A stretch of 64,000 nt of DNA from positions 12,485 to 76,484 of the forward strand of contig CACEOY010000005.1 of the NCBI GenBank assembly GCA_902561155.1. Direction: 5' to 3'. Positions 18,801 to 29,725 of this stretch are shown in pieces; the first letter of the stretch is position 1; every line of letters begins with the position of its first letter. The translations under genes were made by a program, and so were the position numbers. Under the pieces are notes generated by a model. It ran no database searches and was not told where the DNA came from. It worked only from the letters and a program-made list of their open reading frames with translations. The DNA is from an uncultured Pelagibacteraceae bacterium. GTDB taxonomy: Bacteria; Pseudomonadota; Alphaproteobacteria; Pelagibacterales; Pelagibacteraceae.

Positions 18801-20325
18801 TATTTACTCAATAGAAGATCTAGCCCAGCTAATTTATGATTTGAAACAAATAAACCCAAAAGCTCGAATAGGCGTAAAATTAGTTGCTGCAACTGGAATT
18901 GGAACAATAGCAGCAGGAGTGGCTAAAGCTAAAGCAGATGTAATTTTAATTTCAGGTCATTCAGGAGGAACTGGCGCCAGTCCACAAACGAGCGTTAAGT
19001 ATGCAGGTATTCCTTGGGAGATGGGATTAACTGAGGCCAATCAGATTTTAACATTAAATAACTTAAGACACAAAGTTACTTTAAGATCAGATGGTGGAAT
19101 TAAAACAGGTAGAGACGTTGTTATTGCGGCCATGATGGGGGCAGAAGAATTTGGCATGGGAACTTCATCTTTAATTGCAATGGGATGTATAATGGTAAGA
19201 CAGTGTCACTCTAATACTTGCCCAGTTGGAGTTTGTTCTCAAGATGAGGAATTAAGGAAAAAATTTACTGGAACGCCAGAAAAAGTCGTCAATTTTTTTA
19301 GATTTGTTGCAGAAGAAGTTAGAGAGATTTTAGCTTCATTAGGATTTAAAAACCTAAATGAAATAATCGGAAGAACTGATCTCCTTAAACAAGTAAGTAG
19401 AGGCTCATCAAATTTGGATGATTTAGATTTAAATCCATTGTTAGTAAAAACTGATCCGGGTGAAAATACTAGATATTGTGAGAAAAGAGATATTAATGCA
19501 GTTCCCGACACTTTAGATGAAAAAATTTGGACAGATATTAAAAATAAAATTGTAAAGGATAAAATAACTGAATGTGAATACGATGTTGAAAATACACATA
19601 GAGCGGTAGGAACTAGATTATCTCACTATGTTTATAAGAAATTTGGCAACAACGCCTTAGAAGAGAATACTGTTATTGTTAAATTAAATGGTTCTGCAGG
19701 ACAATCACTTGGAGCTTTTTTAGCTAAAGGAATTAAAATAATTGTTAATGGCGACTCTAACGACTATGTTGGAAAAGGATTATCAGGGGGAACAATAATA
19801 GTTAAGCCAGTCAATAATAGTAATTTAATTTCAAATCAAAACGCAATTATAGGAAACACAGTTTTATATGGAGCTACAAATGGTAAACTTTATGCATCAG
19901 GTAAAGCTGGCGAAAGATTTGCCGTAAGAAATTCTGGAGGGATCTCAGTAGTAGAGGGATGTGGATCAAATGGATGTGAATATATGACTGGAGGAAAAGT
20001 AGTTATACTTGGCGATGTGGGTGATAACTTCGCTGCAGGTATGACAGGCGGAATGGCATTTATTTATGATCCGAATAAAAAATTTGAAAACTATGTAAAT
20101 CCTCAATCTGTTATTTGGCAGAACGTAGAAACAGACTATTGGAAAAAATATTTAAAAGATTTGATATTTGAATTTAGCAAAGAGACTAATTCAAAAATTT
20201 CAAAAAAGATCATTAGCAATTATGAAAATGAATTAAAAAATTTCATTCAAGTTTGTCCTATAGAGATGCTAGATAAATTAGATTATCCTATTTCATTAAA
20301 AGAACTTAAGTCAAAATCAGCCTAA
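15826..20325 (+). CDS. gltB: Glutamate synthase large subunit
   Basis: EACGVG N-terminal Cys, HQRYSTNT, QGAKPGEGGQLPG, CHSNTCPVG, GXGXG C-terminal domain. Confidence 0.97.
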   Translation: MENYLKNKKHLTENNAYDPSLEHEACGVGLIATTDGKKSRKVVDYGIEALKAVWHRGAVDADGKSGDGAGIKLEISPEFFDKKILETGHKHEQDKRICVGMVFMPRNDYADQEKCRSIIETVLLSKNYYIYGWRQVPVNPKVLGPTADSNRPEIAQVLFRKNEVINTNDLERDLYEARKKIEKHARENQLYSFYVCSLSSRSIVYKGMFLAESLADFYLDLNDKTFKSRFAIFHQRYSTNTFPSWDLAQPFRTLAHNGEINTLKGNVNWMRIHEQDMTSKLFKNIEDLKPIIIPGNSDSASLDNVFELLTHSGKLAPLIKLMMIPDAWSKRSKTVPKNHQQLFNFLNSTIEPWDGPAAICATDAKWILAAVDRNGLRPLRYSITSDGLIFAGSETGMIKIPEENIIKKGRLGPGELIAVDLKEGKLYQDKEIKDYISKEYKQFNSQIVDLDTKLKVTEEEINFSGNNLRRRQYLSGYSVEDLELILHPMVEEGKEATGSMGDDTPVAVLSSHFRPISHYFRQNFSQVTNPPIDSLRENKVMSLKTRFGNLGNILDFNNLTQEDIFVLDSPILTNSQLKKFKKLFSKKIKLIDCTFNVNETLKDSLKKIQEESEIAVREGSTTLVLSDKNISEKRANIPMALAVGAINSKLVKLGLRGYCSLNVETSETLDTHSFAVLIGVGATTVNPYLTIDSIYQRFEKNLFGKYKFNECVERFKSSIENGLLKIMSKMGISVISSYRGGCNFETVGLSRALVSDYFPGMISRISGIGLIGIEKKIKEIHEQAYKKDVQILPIGGIYKYRKTGENHQFQGKLIHTLQHAVTVGSYETFKKYTDGINNMSPVNLRDLLDFKKSNDPIDIKEVEPVENLTKRFGSGSMSHGALSAEAHETLAIGMNRVKGASCSGEGGEDSARFKIQENGDSANSRVKQVASARFGVTIDYLNNCNEIEIKIAQGAKPGEGGQLPGFKVTKEIARLRHSTPGVTLISPPPHHDIYSIEDLAQLIYDLKQINPKARIGVKLVAATGIGTIAAGVAKAKADVILISGHSGGTGASPQTSVKYAGIPWEMGLTEANQILTLNNLRHKVTLRSDGGIKTGRDVVIAAMMGAEEFGMGTSSLIAMGCIMVRQCHSNTCPVGVCSQDEELRKKFTGTPEKVVNFFRFVAEEVREILASLGFKNLNEIIGRTDLLKQVSRGSSNLDDLDLNPLLVKTDPGENTRYCEKRDINAVPDTLDEKIWTDIKNKIVKDKITECEYDVENTHRAVGTRLSHYVYKKFGNNALEENTVIVKLNGSAGQSLGAFLAKGIKIIVNGDSNDYVGKGLSGGTIIVKPVNNSNLISNQNAIIGNTVLYGATNGKLYASGKAGERFAVRNSGGISVVEGCGSNGCEYMTGGKVVILGDVGDNFAAGMTGGMAFIYDPNKKFENYVNPQSVIWQNVETDYWKKYLKDLIFEFSKETNSKISKKIISNYENELKNFIQVCPIEMLDKLDYPISLKELKSKSA

Positions 20326-21197
20326 TGGCGAATAAAGATAGATTTTTTTTTTTTGGATTTGGTCAAACTGCTAGGTATCTTATAAAGAATTTAGAGCAAT
20401 CAAAAAAAAAATTCACTTTTAGTGCTACTAACACGAAAAAAACGATTTTAAAGACTTTTGGAAAAAAAAAATTTTTATCCTTTAAGTTTAAAGATAAGTT
20501 TTACGATAAAAAATTAATTAAAATTCTATCAGAAGCTGATTACATTTTAGTATCTATTCCACCACAAAAAAAGAGAGACCTAGTCCTAAAAATTTTTAAC
20601 AAATTTTTAAAAAAATCTAAGTTTAAAAAACTTATTTATCTATCTGCCACAAGTGTTTATGGAAATCATAACGGAAAATGGGTTAATGAAAATTCAAAAC
20701 TTAAAGGAAATACTAAATTTGGCTTAGGAAGAAAAATTGTTGAAAAATCTTGGATTAAATTTAGAGATCTACACAAACTTGATATAAATATTTTACGTGT
20801 TTCAGGAATTTATTCAAAAGAGAGTAACGTTTTAAAAAAAATTTCTAAAAGGAGCATTTATATTAAAGAGAAAAAATATTTCTCAAGAATACGAATAGAA
20901 GATTTAGCACAAATTATAAATAAGATGTTTTATTCACAAAAAAGTTCTCTCATACTAAATGCTTCAGATGATAAGCCAGCAACAAATATAGAAGTTGCAA
21001 ATTTTGCTGCGAAACTTTTAAAAATTAAAAATTTAAGACCAATGTCTATATCTAATTTTAAAAATAAAATGATAAAAGAATTTTATAAAGACTCGAAAAA
21101 AGTGAGTAATAAAAAAATGAAAAATAAATTACTCATTAAATTAAAATATCCAACTTATAAAGAAGGATTAAGAAATATTTTTAACAATTCTCGTTAA
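20325..21197 (+). CDS. NAD-dependent epimerase/dehydratase-like (atypical SDR) protein
   Basis: FGFG glycine loop, YLSATSVYG, LRVSGIY, SKKVSN, LKYPTYKEGL. Confidence 0.75.
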   Translation: MANKDRFFFFGFGQTARYLIKNLEQSKKKFTFSATNTKKTILKTFGKKKFLSFKFKDKFYDKKLIKILSEADYILVSIPPQKKRDLVLKIFNKFLKKSKFKKLIYLSATSVYGNHNGKWVNENSKLKGNTKFGLGRKIVEKSWIKFRDLHKLDINILRVSGIYSKESNVLKKISKRSIYIKEKKYFSRIRIEDLAQIINKMFYSQKSSLILNASDDKPATNIEVANFAAKLLKIKNLRPMSISNFKNKMIKEFYKDSKKVSNKKMKNKLLIKLKYPTYKEGLRNIFNNSR

Positions 21198-21932
21198 CTC
21201 ATTCTTCATTTTTTTTAAAGATTTTGCGTCTGAGAGACTATGGTCTCCATTTTTTATAATAACCAATTTTTTATTTGCTTTTTTAAAAATTGATAACACT
21301 TTTCTTGAAAAAGAAACCGGAACTACCTCATCTTTTTTTCCATGAAACATGGAGATCTGAATTTTCTTTAATATTTTTTTTGAGAAAACTTTATTTTTTC
21401 TTCCATCTTTGATTAATTGATGTGAAATAGGATATTGATATTTTGTTTTATCCCCGTGATTAATTATTGCTATACCTTTTTTTATAATTTTATCTTTTAT
21501 CTTTTTTGGAAATTTTTTCCACATTAATCTATCTAAAAATTCAGGGGCTGAACCTATTCCCAACATACCCACAATTTGATTTTTAAAATATTTAAATTGG
21601 TTTAAGGCTATCCATGCTCCCATACTAGAACCAATTATTAAAAATTTATTTCGTTTAACAATTTTTTTGATTAATTTTTTAGCGTCCTCAGTCCATAAAC
21701 TTATATTCCCTTTAATAAATTTTCCTGACGATTTTCCATGACCAGAATATTCAATTGCTAAAAAACCAAGTTTACTTTTATTAGCAAATGAACGAAAAGA
21801 GTTTGGTTTTTTTCCTTCAATATCTGACATAAAGCCAGGTAAAAAAACTATGTAGGGATTTTTGTTAAAATTATTGCTTAAATATCTTAGCTTTCTATAT
21901 TTGGAAATATTGTGGTATCTGAATTTTTTCAT
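21168..21932 (-). CDS. Alpha/beta hydrolase (ABHD10-like)
   Basis: PGFMSD, YSGHGKS, GSSMG nucleophile elbow, HGKKDEVVP, GDHSLS. Confidence 0.88.
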   Translation of the reverse strand: MKKFRYHNISKYRKLRYLSNNFNKNPYIVFLPGFMSDIEGKKPNSFRSFANKSKLGFLAIEYSGHGKSSGKFIKGNISLWTEDAKKLIKKIVKRNKFLIIGSSMGAWIALNQFKYFKNQIVGMLGIGSAPEFLDRLMWKKFPKKIKDKIIKKGIAIINHGDKTKYQYPISHQLIKDGRKNKVFSKKILKKIQISMFHGKKDEVVPVSFSRKVLSIFKKANKKLVIIKNGDHSLSDAKSLKKMKNELTRIVKNIS

Positions 21933-21970
21933 ATTAAGTTGTTAAAGTTGATAATATATTATCTTAACAT

Positions 21971-23128
21971 ATGGCATCTAATTTTAAAGTAATGCAGGTA
22001 ATACCAAAACTGGGGTACGGAGGTGCTGAAACCGGTTGTTATGATTTAGCACATTTTTTAGCTGAAAAAGATTGCAAATCAATAATTGTAACAAGTGGTG
22101 GACCTTTGATTAAATATGTCAGAAGAAAAAAAGTTAAAATTATAAAACTTCCGGTTCACCTTAAGAATCCATTCGCTTTAATATTTAATGCATTAGCTTT
22201 AATTTTATTACAAATATTATATAGAATTGATATCGTTCATGCTAGGAGCAGAGCCCCTGCATGGTCTTGCTATTGGTCAACATTCTTTACTAGAAGAAAA
22301 TTTGTTACGACGTTTCATGGCACTTATAATTTTAACAATAAATTAAAAAAATTATATAATAGTGTAATGGTAAAATCAAAATTAACGATTGCAGGATCGA
22401 ATTTCATATTTAATCATATTAACGAAAATTACAAAAACTATTTGAAACCAAAAAATAAACTACTGGTTATCTTTAGGGGAATAAACTTGCATTATTATGA
22501 TCCTAAGAATATATCTGATATTAAGCTCTTAAGATTAAAAAAAGATTGGTCAATCGAGGATGATAAATTTAAAATTCTTTTGCCTGGAAGATTAACAAAT
22601 TGGAAAGGACAACTTAATTTTATTGAAGCTTTAAATATCTTAATTGAAGATTATAAAAATGATAAATTTCAAGCTATAATTTTGGGATCAGACCAAGGTA
22701 GAAATGTATATAAAAAAAAACTGCAAAGCTTAATAGACAGGTATAATATAAATAAGAAAATAATATTCGCAGAGCACTGTAAAGAGATGCCCTTGGCTTA
22801 CGCGCTGGCTGATATTGTAGTTTCAAGCTCAATTGAACCAGAAGCATTTGGGAGAGTAGCCGTAGAGGCCCAAGCTATGCAAAAGCCTATAATTGCAACT
22901 AAATTAGGAGGATCTATAGAAACAGTCCTGAATAACAAAACAGGGATTCTTTATAAGTTTGACGATCCTCGAGAATTGGCTAAAAATATTAATTCTTTTA
23001 TGGAAACAGATAAATTGGCATTGAATATAATGGGAGTTGAAGGTAGAAAAAACGTTGTAAAAAAATTTGATGTTGAAAAAATGTGTCAAAGTACACTTAA
23101 TGAATATAAAAAGCTTCTAAATTTATAA
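21971..23128 (+). CDS. Glycosyltransferase family 4
   Basis: GGAE, VHARSRAPAW, PGRLTNWKGQ, EAFGRVAVEAQA. Confidence 0.9.
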   Translation: MASNFKVMQVIPKLGYGGAETGCYDLAHFLAEKDCKSIIVTSGGPLIKYVRRKKVKIIKLPVHLKNPFALIFNALALILLQILYRIDIVHARSRAPAWSCYWSTFFTRRKFVTTFHGTYNFNNKLKKLYNSVMVKSKLTIAGSNFIFNHINENYKNYLKPKNKLLVIFRGINLHYYDPKNISDIKLLRLKKDWSIEDDKFKILLPGRLTNWKGQLNFIEALNILIEDYKNDKFQAIILGSDQGRNVYKKKLQSLIDRYNINKKIIFAEHCKEMPLAYALADIVVSSSIEPEAFGRVAVEAQAMQKPIIATKLGGSIETVLNNKTGILYKFDDPRELAKNINSFMETDKLALNIMGVEGRKNVVKKFDVEKMCQSTLNEYKKLLNL

Positions 23129-25047
23129 TGCCAAATATTCAGCTCTTAGATGGAAAAAAAATTCCTTTTGATGAAAAGATTAATGGCTTCGATCTAATCA
23201 AGAAAATAAGTAAATCTCTTGAGAAAAAAGCACTTATCATGGAAGTTGATGGAAATCTAAAAGATTTAAGTTTTGAAATTAGAAAAAATTCTAAAGTTAA
23301 GATAATCACTGCAGATGACAAAGATGGTTTAGATGTTCTTAGACATGATGCTGCGCATATTATGGCTATGTCTGTTCAAGAACTTTTCCCCGGCACACAA
23401 GTAACAATAGGACCAGTAATTGAAAATGGCTTTTATTATGATTTCGCAAGAAAGGAACCTTTCACTTCTGAGGATTTAGAAAAAATTGAAAAAAAAATGT
23501 CAGAAATAATAGACAGAGATGTCCAAACAAGAAGAGAAGTTTGGGAAAGAGAAAAAGCAATCAAGCATTTTAAAAAAATTGGGGAAAAATACAAAGCTGA
23601 AATAATTGAAAGTATTCCGAAGGGAGAGGAGCTTTCCGTTTATCACCATGGAGATACTTGGCACGATTTATGTAGAGGTCCACATTTACCTTCATCCGGT
23701 AAAATCGGAAAAGCTTTCAAGCTAACTAAAGTTTCAGGTGCATATTGGAGAGGAGACTCTAATAATGAAATGTTACAAAGAATATACGGAACTTGTTGGA
23801 ACAACAAAGAGCAACTAAAATTGTATTTGGATAGGCTGGAAGAAGCTGAAAAAAGAGATCATAGAAAACTAGGTAAAGAGATGGATCTATTTCATTTTAG
23901 AGAGGAAAGTCCAGGATCTGTATTTTGGCATGAAAAGGGATGGATTTTATTTCAAAGACTTGTCGAGTATATGAGATTTAGACAAAGACTCGATGGCTAC
24001 AAAGAGATCAATACACCGGAATTATTAGACAAAACTCTATGGGAAAAATCTGGTCATTGGGAAAAGTTTGCAGAACATATGTATACGTCAGAAACTCCAG
24101 ATGAAAAAGTTTTCGCAATTAAACCAATGAATTGTCCAGGTTGTGTTCAGATATTTAATCAAGGTTTAAAAAGTTATCGAGATCTTCCATTGAAACTTTC
24201 TGAATTTGGAAAAGTTCATAGATATGAGCCTTCAGGAGCTTTACATGGATTACTTCGAGTGAGAGCATTTACTCAAGATGATGCACACATTTTTTGTACC
24301 GAGGATCAGATTACTCAAGAATGTTTAAGCGTTACAAATTTAATAATTGATATTTATAAAAATCTTGGCTTTGAAAAAGTAATTTTAAAATATTCTGATC
24401 GACCTGAAAAGAGAGTTGGTGATGATAAAATTTGGGATGAATCGGAGGCAGCATTATTGACTGCAATTAAAAAATCGAAATTGGAGTATTCAATTAATAA
24501 AGGAGAAGGAGCATTTTACGGACCAAAAATTGAGTTTGTTTTACAAGATGCAATTGGTAGAGATTGGCAGTGCGGAACCTTACAAGTCGACTTTAATTTA
24601 CCAGGAAGATTAGGCGCTTCTTATGTAAATAAATCAGGAGAAAAGCAAGTTCCTGTTATGTTACACAGAGCTTTATTTGGTTCTTTGGAGAGATTCATAG
24701 GTATTTTAATTGAAAATTATGCTGGCAAACTTCCTTTCTGGCTATCTCCTTCACAAGCAGTAGTATGTCCAATAGCAGAAGACAATAATAATTATGCAAA
24801 AAAATTATTTGAAGATCTGTTCAAAGAGAGTATAAAATGCGAAGTGGATTTAAGAAATCAAAAAATTAGTTACAAAATAAGAGAACACTCTTTAGCCAAG
24901 GTACCAATGATTTTGGTTTGCGGTAAAAAAGAGGAAAAGGATAAAACTGTTACAGTGAGGACTTTAGGATCAGACAAGCAAGAAACTCTTAAAAGAGAAG
25001 AATTAATCAAACGTATTACTCAATCAAATAAAATGCCAGCCAACTAA
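23128..25047 (+). CDS. thrS: Threonine-tRNA ligase
   Basis: TGS domain, DLCRGPH, RDHRKLG, KPMNCPG, WQCGTLQVD, GSLERF. Confidence 0.97.
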   Translation: MPNIQLLDGKKIPFDEKINGFDLIKKISKSLEKKALIMEVDGNLKDLSFEIRKNSKVKIITADDKDGLDVLRHDAAHIMAMSVQELFPGTQVTIGPVIENGFYYDFARKEPFTSEDLEKIEKKMSEIIDRDVQTRREVWEREKAIKHFKKIGEKYKAEIIESIPKGEELSVYHHGDTWHDLCRGPHLPSSGKIGKAFKLTKVSGAYWRGDSNNEMLQRIYGTCWNNKEQLKLYLDRLEEAEKRDHRKLGKEMDLFHFREESPGSVFWHEKGWILFQRLVEYMRFRQRLDGYKEINTPELLDKTLWEKSGHWEKFAEHMYTSETPDEKVFAIKPMNCPGCVQIFNQGLKSYRDLPLKLSEFGKVHRYEPSGALHGLLRVRAFTQDDAHIFCTEDQITQECLSVTNLIIDIYKNLGFEKVILKYSDRPEKRVGDDKIWDESEAALLTAIKKSKLEYSINKGEGAFYGPKIEFVLQDAIGRDWQCGTLQVDFNLPGRLGASYVNKSGEKQVPVMLHRALFGSLERFIGILIENYAGKLPFWLSPSQAVVCPIAEDNNNYAKKLFEDLFKESIKCEVDLRNQKISYKIREHSLAKVPMILVCGKKEEKDKTVTVRTLGSDKQETLKREELIKRITQSNKMPAN

Positions 25048-25593
25048 GTGTCAAATTTTAAACCAAACTATTTTCAAAGACGAAGCAAGCCCCAAGGGCC
25101 AAAAGCAAATGAGCGAATAAAAGCTTTAGATGTTCAAGTGATCGGAAGCGAGGGCAATAACTTGGGTGTAATGCAATTAAAACAAGCCATTCAAATGGCT
25201 AAGGACGAAGGCCTTGATCTGATCGAAATTTCACCTAATGCTAACCCACCTGTCTGTAAGATTATGGATATGGGGAAATATAAGTATGATCTGCAAAAAA
25301 AAGCAAATCAAGCCAAAAAAAAACAAAAAATCGTTTCTCTGAAAGAAATTAAATTAAGACCAGGAACGGAAATACATGATTATAATTTTAAAATTAAAAA
25401 TGCAAAAAAATTTATTTCTAAAGGCGACAAAGTAAAATTTACAGTTAAATTTAAAGGAAGAGAAATGCAACATGTAGAGTTGGGTAAAGATTTGATGAAA
25501 AGAATTATTGAAGACACTAAAGATATAGGTAAGGTAGAAACTCACCCAAAATTTGAAGGAAGACAAATGATAATGATAATTCAGCCTAATTAA
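25048..25593 (+). CDS. infC: Translation initiation factor IF-3 (GTG start)
   Basis: NERI, LDLIEISPNANPPVCKIMD, KEIKLRPG, GDKVK; follows thrS. Confidence 0.95.
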   Translation: MSNFKPNYFQRRSKPQGPKANERIKALDVQVIGSEGNNLGVMQLKQAIQMAKDEGLDLIEISPNANPPVCKIMDMGKYKYDLQKKANQAKKKQKIVSLKEIKLRPGTEIHDYNFKIKNAKKFISKGDKVKFTVKFKGREMQHVELGKDLMKRIIEDTKDIGKVETHPKFEGRQMIMIIQPN

Positions 25594-25650
25594 TCTTGAA
25601 TATTAGTGTCTTGTAAAAAAAAGTTAATATATATATAACCCAAATAATTT

Positions 25651-25857
25651 ATGCCAAAATTAAAAACTAAAAGCTCCGCTAAAAAAAGATTTAGAATAAC
25701 TGCAAAAGGTAAAGTTAAAATGCCACAAGCAAATAAAAGGCATGGTATGATTAAAAGAACAAATAATCAAATAAGGAAACAAAGAGGAACTACGATAATG
25801 TCAAAACAAGACTCTAAAATAGTTAAATCGTATATGCCTTATAATTTAAGAGGATAG
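25651..25857 (+). CDS. rpmI: 50S ribosomal protein L35
   Basis: [14 protein letters not shown]; synteny infC-rpmI-rplT. Confidence 0.96.
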   Translation: MPKLKTKSSAKKRFRITAKGKVKMPQANKRHGMIKRTNNQIRKQRGTTIMSKQDSKIVKSYMPYNLRG

Positions 25858-25858
25858 T

Positions 25859-26215
25859 ATGGCTAGAACAAAACGTGGTGTTATTAGTAAAGCAAAACAT
25901 AAAAAAGTTTTTAAAGCCGTTAAAGGTCAGTACGGTAGAAGAAAAAATACTATTCGTGTAGCTAGACAAGCTATGGAAAAAGCAATGCAATATGCTTACA
26001 GAGATAGAAAAGCTAAAAAAAGAGATTTTAGGTCATTGTGGATTCAGAGAATTAATGCTGGTGTTAGAACTGAAGGATTAACTTATTCAAGATTTATTAA
26101 TGGTTTAGCTAAGTCAAAAATCAAATTAGATAGAAAAGTATTGGCTGAACTAGCCTATAATAACCCAGAAGTATTCAAATCTATTGTAAAAAAAGTTCAA
26201 TCATCCCTTAACTAA
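25859..26215 (+). CDS. rplT: 50S ribosomal protein L20
   Basis: [30 protein letters not shown]. Confidence 0.97.
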   Translation: MARTKRGVISKAKHKKVFKAVKGQYGRRKNTIRVARQAMEKAMQYAYRDRKAKKRDFRSLWIQRINAGVRTEGLTYSRFINGLAKSKIKLDRKVLAELAYNNPEVFKSIVKKVQSSLN

Positions 26216-26261
26216 TTAAGGTCTTTGATTTATCTTATAAATTATAAAAGAATCAAAATTT

Positions 26262-27329
26262 ATGAGTGAACTAAATAATATTTTAAGTAGTTTCGAGAGT
26301 AAATTTTCATCGATCAAAAACAAAGACGATTTACAAAACTTGAAATCAGAATTTTTCGGTAAAAATGGATCTATATCTATACAATTTAAAAAAATGGGCT
26401 CACTTAATCCTGAAGAAAGAAAAAATTTCGCTAAAGAATTGAATATAATAAAAGATCAGTTAACATCTAAAATAGAGAAGAAATTTAAAGATTTTGAAAA
26501 TTTAGAAATAAATCAAAAACTTAAAGATGAAAAAATTGATATTACTTTACCTATTAGATCTATTCAACAAGGTAAAATTCATCCTGTCTCTCAGGTAATT
26601 GATGAAATATCTTCTATTTTTTCTGAAGTAGGCTTCTCAGTTGCTGAGGGCCCTGACGTTGAGTCTGAACATAATAATTTTACAGCTTTAAATACACCCG
26701 AAGACCATCCTGCAAGAGATATGCACGATACATTTTATCTGGACAAAAATAAAAAAACTTTACTTAGAACTCATACTTCTCCTGTACAAATTAGAACTAT
26801 GCTTAATGGCAAACCACCATTTAAAATAATAGTACCTGGTAGAACTTATAGATGTGACAGCGATCAAACTCATGCACCTATGTTTCATCAATTAGAGGGT
26901 TTACATATAGATAAAAATATAACTATGAGTCATCTTAAGGGATGTCTAAATTATTTTATTAGAGAGTTTTTTGAGGTAAAGAAAATTAAAATGAGATTCA
27001 GACCAAGCCATTTTCCATTTACAGAACCCTCTGCCGAGGTAGACATCGGTTACAAAATTGAAAATGGTAAAATTGTAATTGGAGAGGGAGATAAATGGTT
27101 GGAGATTTTAGGTTGTGGAATGGTTCACCCTAATGTTTTAAAAAATACTAAAATTGACCCTAAAAAATTTCAGGGATTTGCTTTTGGAATGGGTATCGAT
27201 CGTCTTGCAATGCTTAAATATGGAATAAATGATTTAAGAGCATTTTTTGAAACTGACTACAGATGGCTTAATCATTTTGGCTTTGATCCATTGGATGTTC
27301 CGACAAATTATAGAGGATTAAGCAGATGA
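26262..27329 (+). CDS. pheS: Phenylalanine-tRNA ligase alpha subunit
   Basis: [37 protein letters not shown]. Confidence 0.97.
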   Translation: MSELNNILSSFESKFSSIKNKDDLQNLKSEFFGKNGSISIQFKKMGSLNPEERKNFAKELNIIKDQLTSKIEKKFKDFENLEINQKLKDEKIDITLPIRSIQQGKIHPVSQVIDEISSIFSEVGFSVAEGPDVESEHNNFTALNTPEDHPARDMHDTFYLDKNKKTLLRTHTSPVQIRTMLNGKPPFKIIVPGRTYRCDSDQTHAPMFHQLEGLHIDKNITMSHLKGCLNYFIREFFEVKKIKMRFRPSHFPFTEPSAEVDIGYKIENGKIVIGEGDKWLEILGCGMVHPNVLKNTKIDPKKFQGFAFGMGIDRLAMLKYGINDLRAFFETDYRWLNHFGFDPLDVPTNYRGLSR

Positions 27330-29725
27330 TCTTAACATTGTCTTGGTTAAAAAATCATTTAAATACTAAAGCTAACATAAACGAAATAGTTGAAAAACTA
27401 ACAAATATTGGATTGGAAGTTGAAGGTGTTAAAGAAGGTTCTAGCAATCTTTCAGAATTTAAAATTGCAAAAATATTAAAAACTGAAAAGCACCCAAATG
27501 CAGATAAGCTAAAGCTTTGTGATGTGACAACAGGTGGATCTTCTATTGTTAAAGTTGTATGTGGCGCAGATAATGCAAGAGATGGCTTAGTTACAGTTTA
27601 CGCTCCTCCTGGAGCTACAATACCTAAATCAAAAATGAAATTAAAAGTAGCTAAAATTAGAGGGGTAGAGTCAACAGGTATGCTTTGTTCTGAGAGTGAA
27701 CTTAATTTATCAAATGAAAGCGCTGGTATTATAGAACTTCAAAACATGTCTAACAAAATAGGTAAAAATTTTTTTAAAAGTTCTAATGAAAAAGTCATTG
27801 ACCTATCTATAACTCCTAATCGCCCTGATTGCTTAGGAATTAGAGGAATAGCTCGGGATTTAGCAGCTGCCGGAATGGGAAAATTATTAGATTTAAAAAA
27901 AAATAAGATTAATCAAAAAAAAAACCAAAATATCAAAATTTCAATAACTAAAGAAAAAAACCAAGGTTGCTTAGCATTCGGCAGTTGCTTAATTACAGGA
28001 ATAAAAAATCAAGAAAGTCCTAAATGGTTGAAAGATAAAATTTACTCCCTGGGTCTTAAACCAATTTCAGCAGTAGTAGATATTACTAATTACGTTATGT
28101 TTGATTTGAATAGGCCTTTACACGCTTATGATGCCGATAAGATTAACAAAGAAATTATTGTCAGAAACTCAAAAAAGGGTGAAAGTTTTACAGCTCTTGA
28201 TGATAAAAAGTATACTCTTCAAAAAGACATGTGTGTTATAGCTGACAAAAGTGGAGTTTTAGGTTTGGGAGGTGTTATTGGTGGAATAAGATCCGGAACA
28301 GAGATGGAGACGCGAAATATTTTATTAGAGTCAGCTTATTTTCTTCCATCATCAATAAGAAAAACTTCAAAACAGCTGGGTCTCGAAACTGATGCTAAAT
28401 ATAGGTTTGAAAGAGGAATAGATCCCAATTCAATGACTGATGGCTTGAAAATTGCCACAGATTTAATTTTGAAAATTTGCGGTGGGGAAGCAAGTAAATT
28501 TAATATTTCAGGAAAAAAAGAATACAAAAATAAATCAATTGATCTTGAGGTAAGTAAATTCAAAAAAACAATAGGTTTTGCAATAACAGAAAGTGAAATA
28601 AAAAAGATATTAAATTCTCTGGGTTTTTCAACAAAATCTAGAAAAAAAATTCTTAAAGTTCTTGTTCCAACTTGGAGACCAGATGTAAACCAGCAAATAG
28701 ACTTGATAGAAGAACTAATAAGAATCAAAGGTTTTGATAAGATAAATCTTATAGAACCTGAGAAAGTAAGGAATAAAGAAACACTTAACTTCCAACAAAA
28801 ATTATTTCACCTTGGTCAACGATCTGTCTCTAATAAGGGTTATTATGAAGCTGTTACTTGGTCATTTACAGATCAAAGAATTGATGATTTAATTAATGAC
28901 AGCTCGAGTCCAATTTTTATAATTAATCCAATTTCTAACGATTTAAACGTATTAAGAAGATCGATATTTTCAAATTTACTTTTTTATTTAAAGAAAAACC
29001 ATGACAGAGGTTTTCAAGACATTTCTTTATTTGAAATAGGACCAGTTTTTTATGGAAAAAAGCCTGGAGAGCAGCAAACTATTATAGGAGCAGTAAAATC
29101 TGGACAAATAAATAAAAAAAGTTGGTCTGAAAAAACTAGAAATGTAGATATTTTTGATATGAAGACAGATGTTATAAAAACTTTAATTGAAATAGGAATT
29201 AACGAAAATCATTTGATAGTCAGTGACAAATCGAAAAATTGTTACCATCCGGGAAGATCTGGTTCAGTAAACTTTAAAACAAATGATGGAATCTTACTTG
29301 CTCAATTTGGAGAAATTCATCCGTCAATTATTTCTAAATTAGATTACAAAGAAAAAAATATTTATGGATTTGAAATTTTTTTAGACAATATCCCTAAACC
29401 AAATAAAAAGTTGAGAATTTTAAAAGAAAACTTTAAATTTTCTGATTTCCAGATTTCTGAGAGAGATTTTGCTTTTGTAATTGATAAAAAATATCAAGTT
29501 GGTAAATTAAATAAAATTATCAAAGACCTTGATAGAAATATTAAATCAGTAAACATATTTGATGTCTTTGAAGGTGGAAATTTACCACCTGAAAAAAAAT
29601 CTATAGCGATCAATGTTTCTTTACAAGCCGAGGATAGAACTCTTTCCGATAATGATTTAAATCAAATTAGTGAAAAAATTATTAAAGAAGTAGAAAATAA
29701 AACTGGCGGGAATATTAGGTCGTAA
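27326..29725 (+). CDS. pheT: Phenylalanine-tRNA ligase beta subunit
   Basis: [33 protein letters not shown]. Confidence 0.96.
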   Translation: MILTLSWLKNHLNTKANINEIVEKLTNIGLEVEGVKEGSSNLSEFKIAKILKTEKHPNADKLKLCDVTTGGSSIVKVVCGADNARDGLVTVYAPPGATIPKSKMKLKVAKIRGVESTGMLCSESELNLSNESAGIIELQNMSNKIGKNFFKSSNEKVIDLSITPNRPDCLGIRGIARDLAAAGMGKLLDLKKNKINQKKNQNIKISITKEKNQGCLAFGSCLITGIKNQESPKWLKDKIYSLGLKPISAVVDITNYVMFDLNRPLHAYDADKINKEIIVRNSKKGESFTALDDKKYTLQKDMCVIADKSGVLGLGGVIGGIRSGTEMETRNILLESAYFLPSSIRKTSKQLGLETDAKYRFERGIDPNSMTDGLKIATDLILKICGGEASKFNISGKKEYKNKSIDLEVSKFKKTIGFAITESEIKKILNSLGFSTKSRKKILKVLVPTWRPDVNQQIDLIEELIRIKGFDKINLIEPEKVRNKETLNFQQKLFHLGQRSVSNKGYYEAVTWSFTDQRIDDLINDSSSPIFIINPISNDLNVLRRSIFSNLLFYLKKNHDRGFQDISLFEIGPVFYGKKPGEQQTIIGAVKSGQINKKSWSEKTRNVDIFDMKTDVIKTLIEIGINENHLIVSDKSKNCYHPGRSGSVNFKTNDGILLAQFGEIHPSIISKLDYKEKNIYGFEIFLDNIPKPNKKLRILKENFKFSDFQISERDFAFVIDKKYQVGKLNKIIKDLDRNIKSVNIFDVFEGGNLPPEKKSIAINVSLQAEDRTLSDNDLNQISEKIIKEVENKTGGNIRS

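Noticed and set aside
14381-20325. gltD-before-gltB order as unusual
   Set aside because: Common arrangement in alphaproteobacteria
26206-26221. CCTTAA-ctaa-TTAAGG hairpin after rplT as a pheS attenuator
   Set aside because: Weak AT-rich stem and no Phe-rich leader peptide in the 46-nt gap
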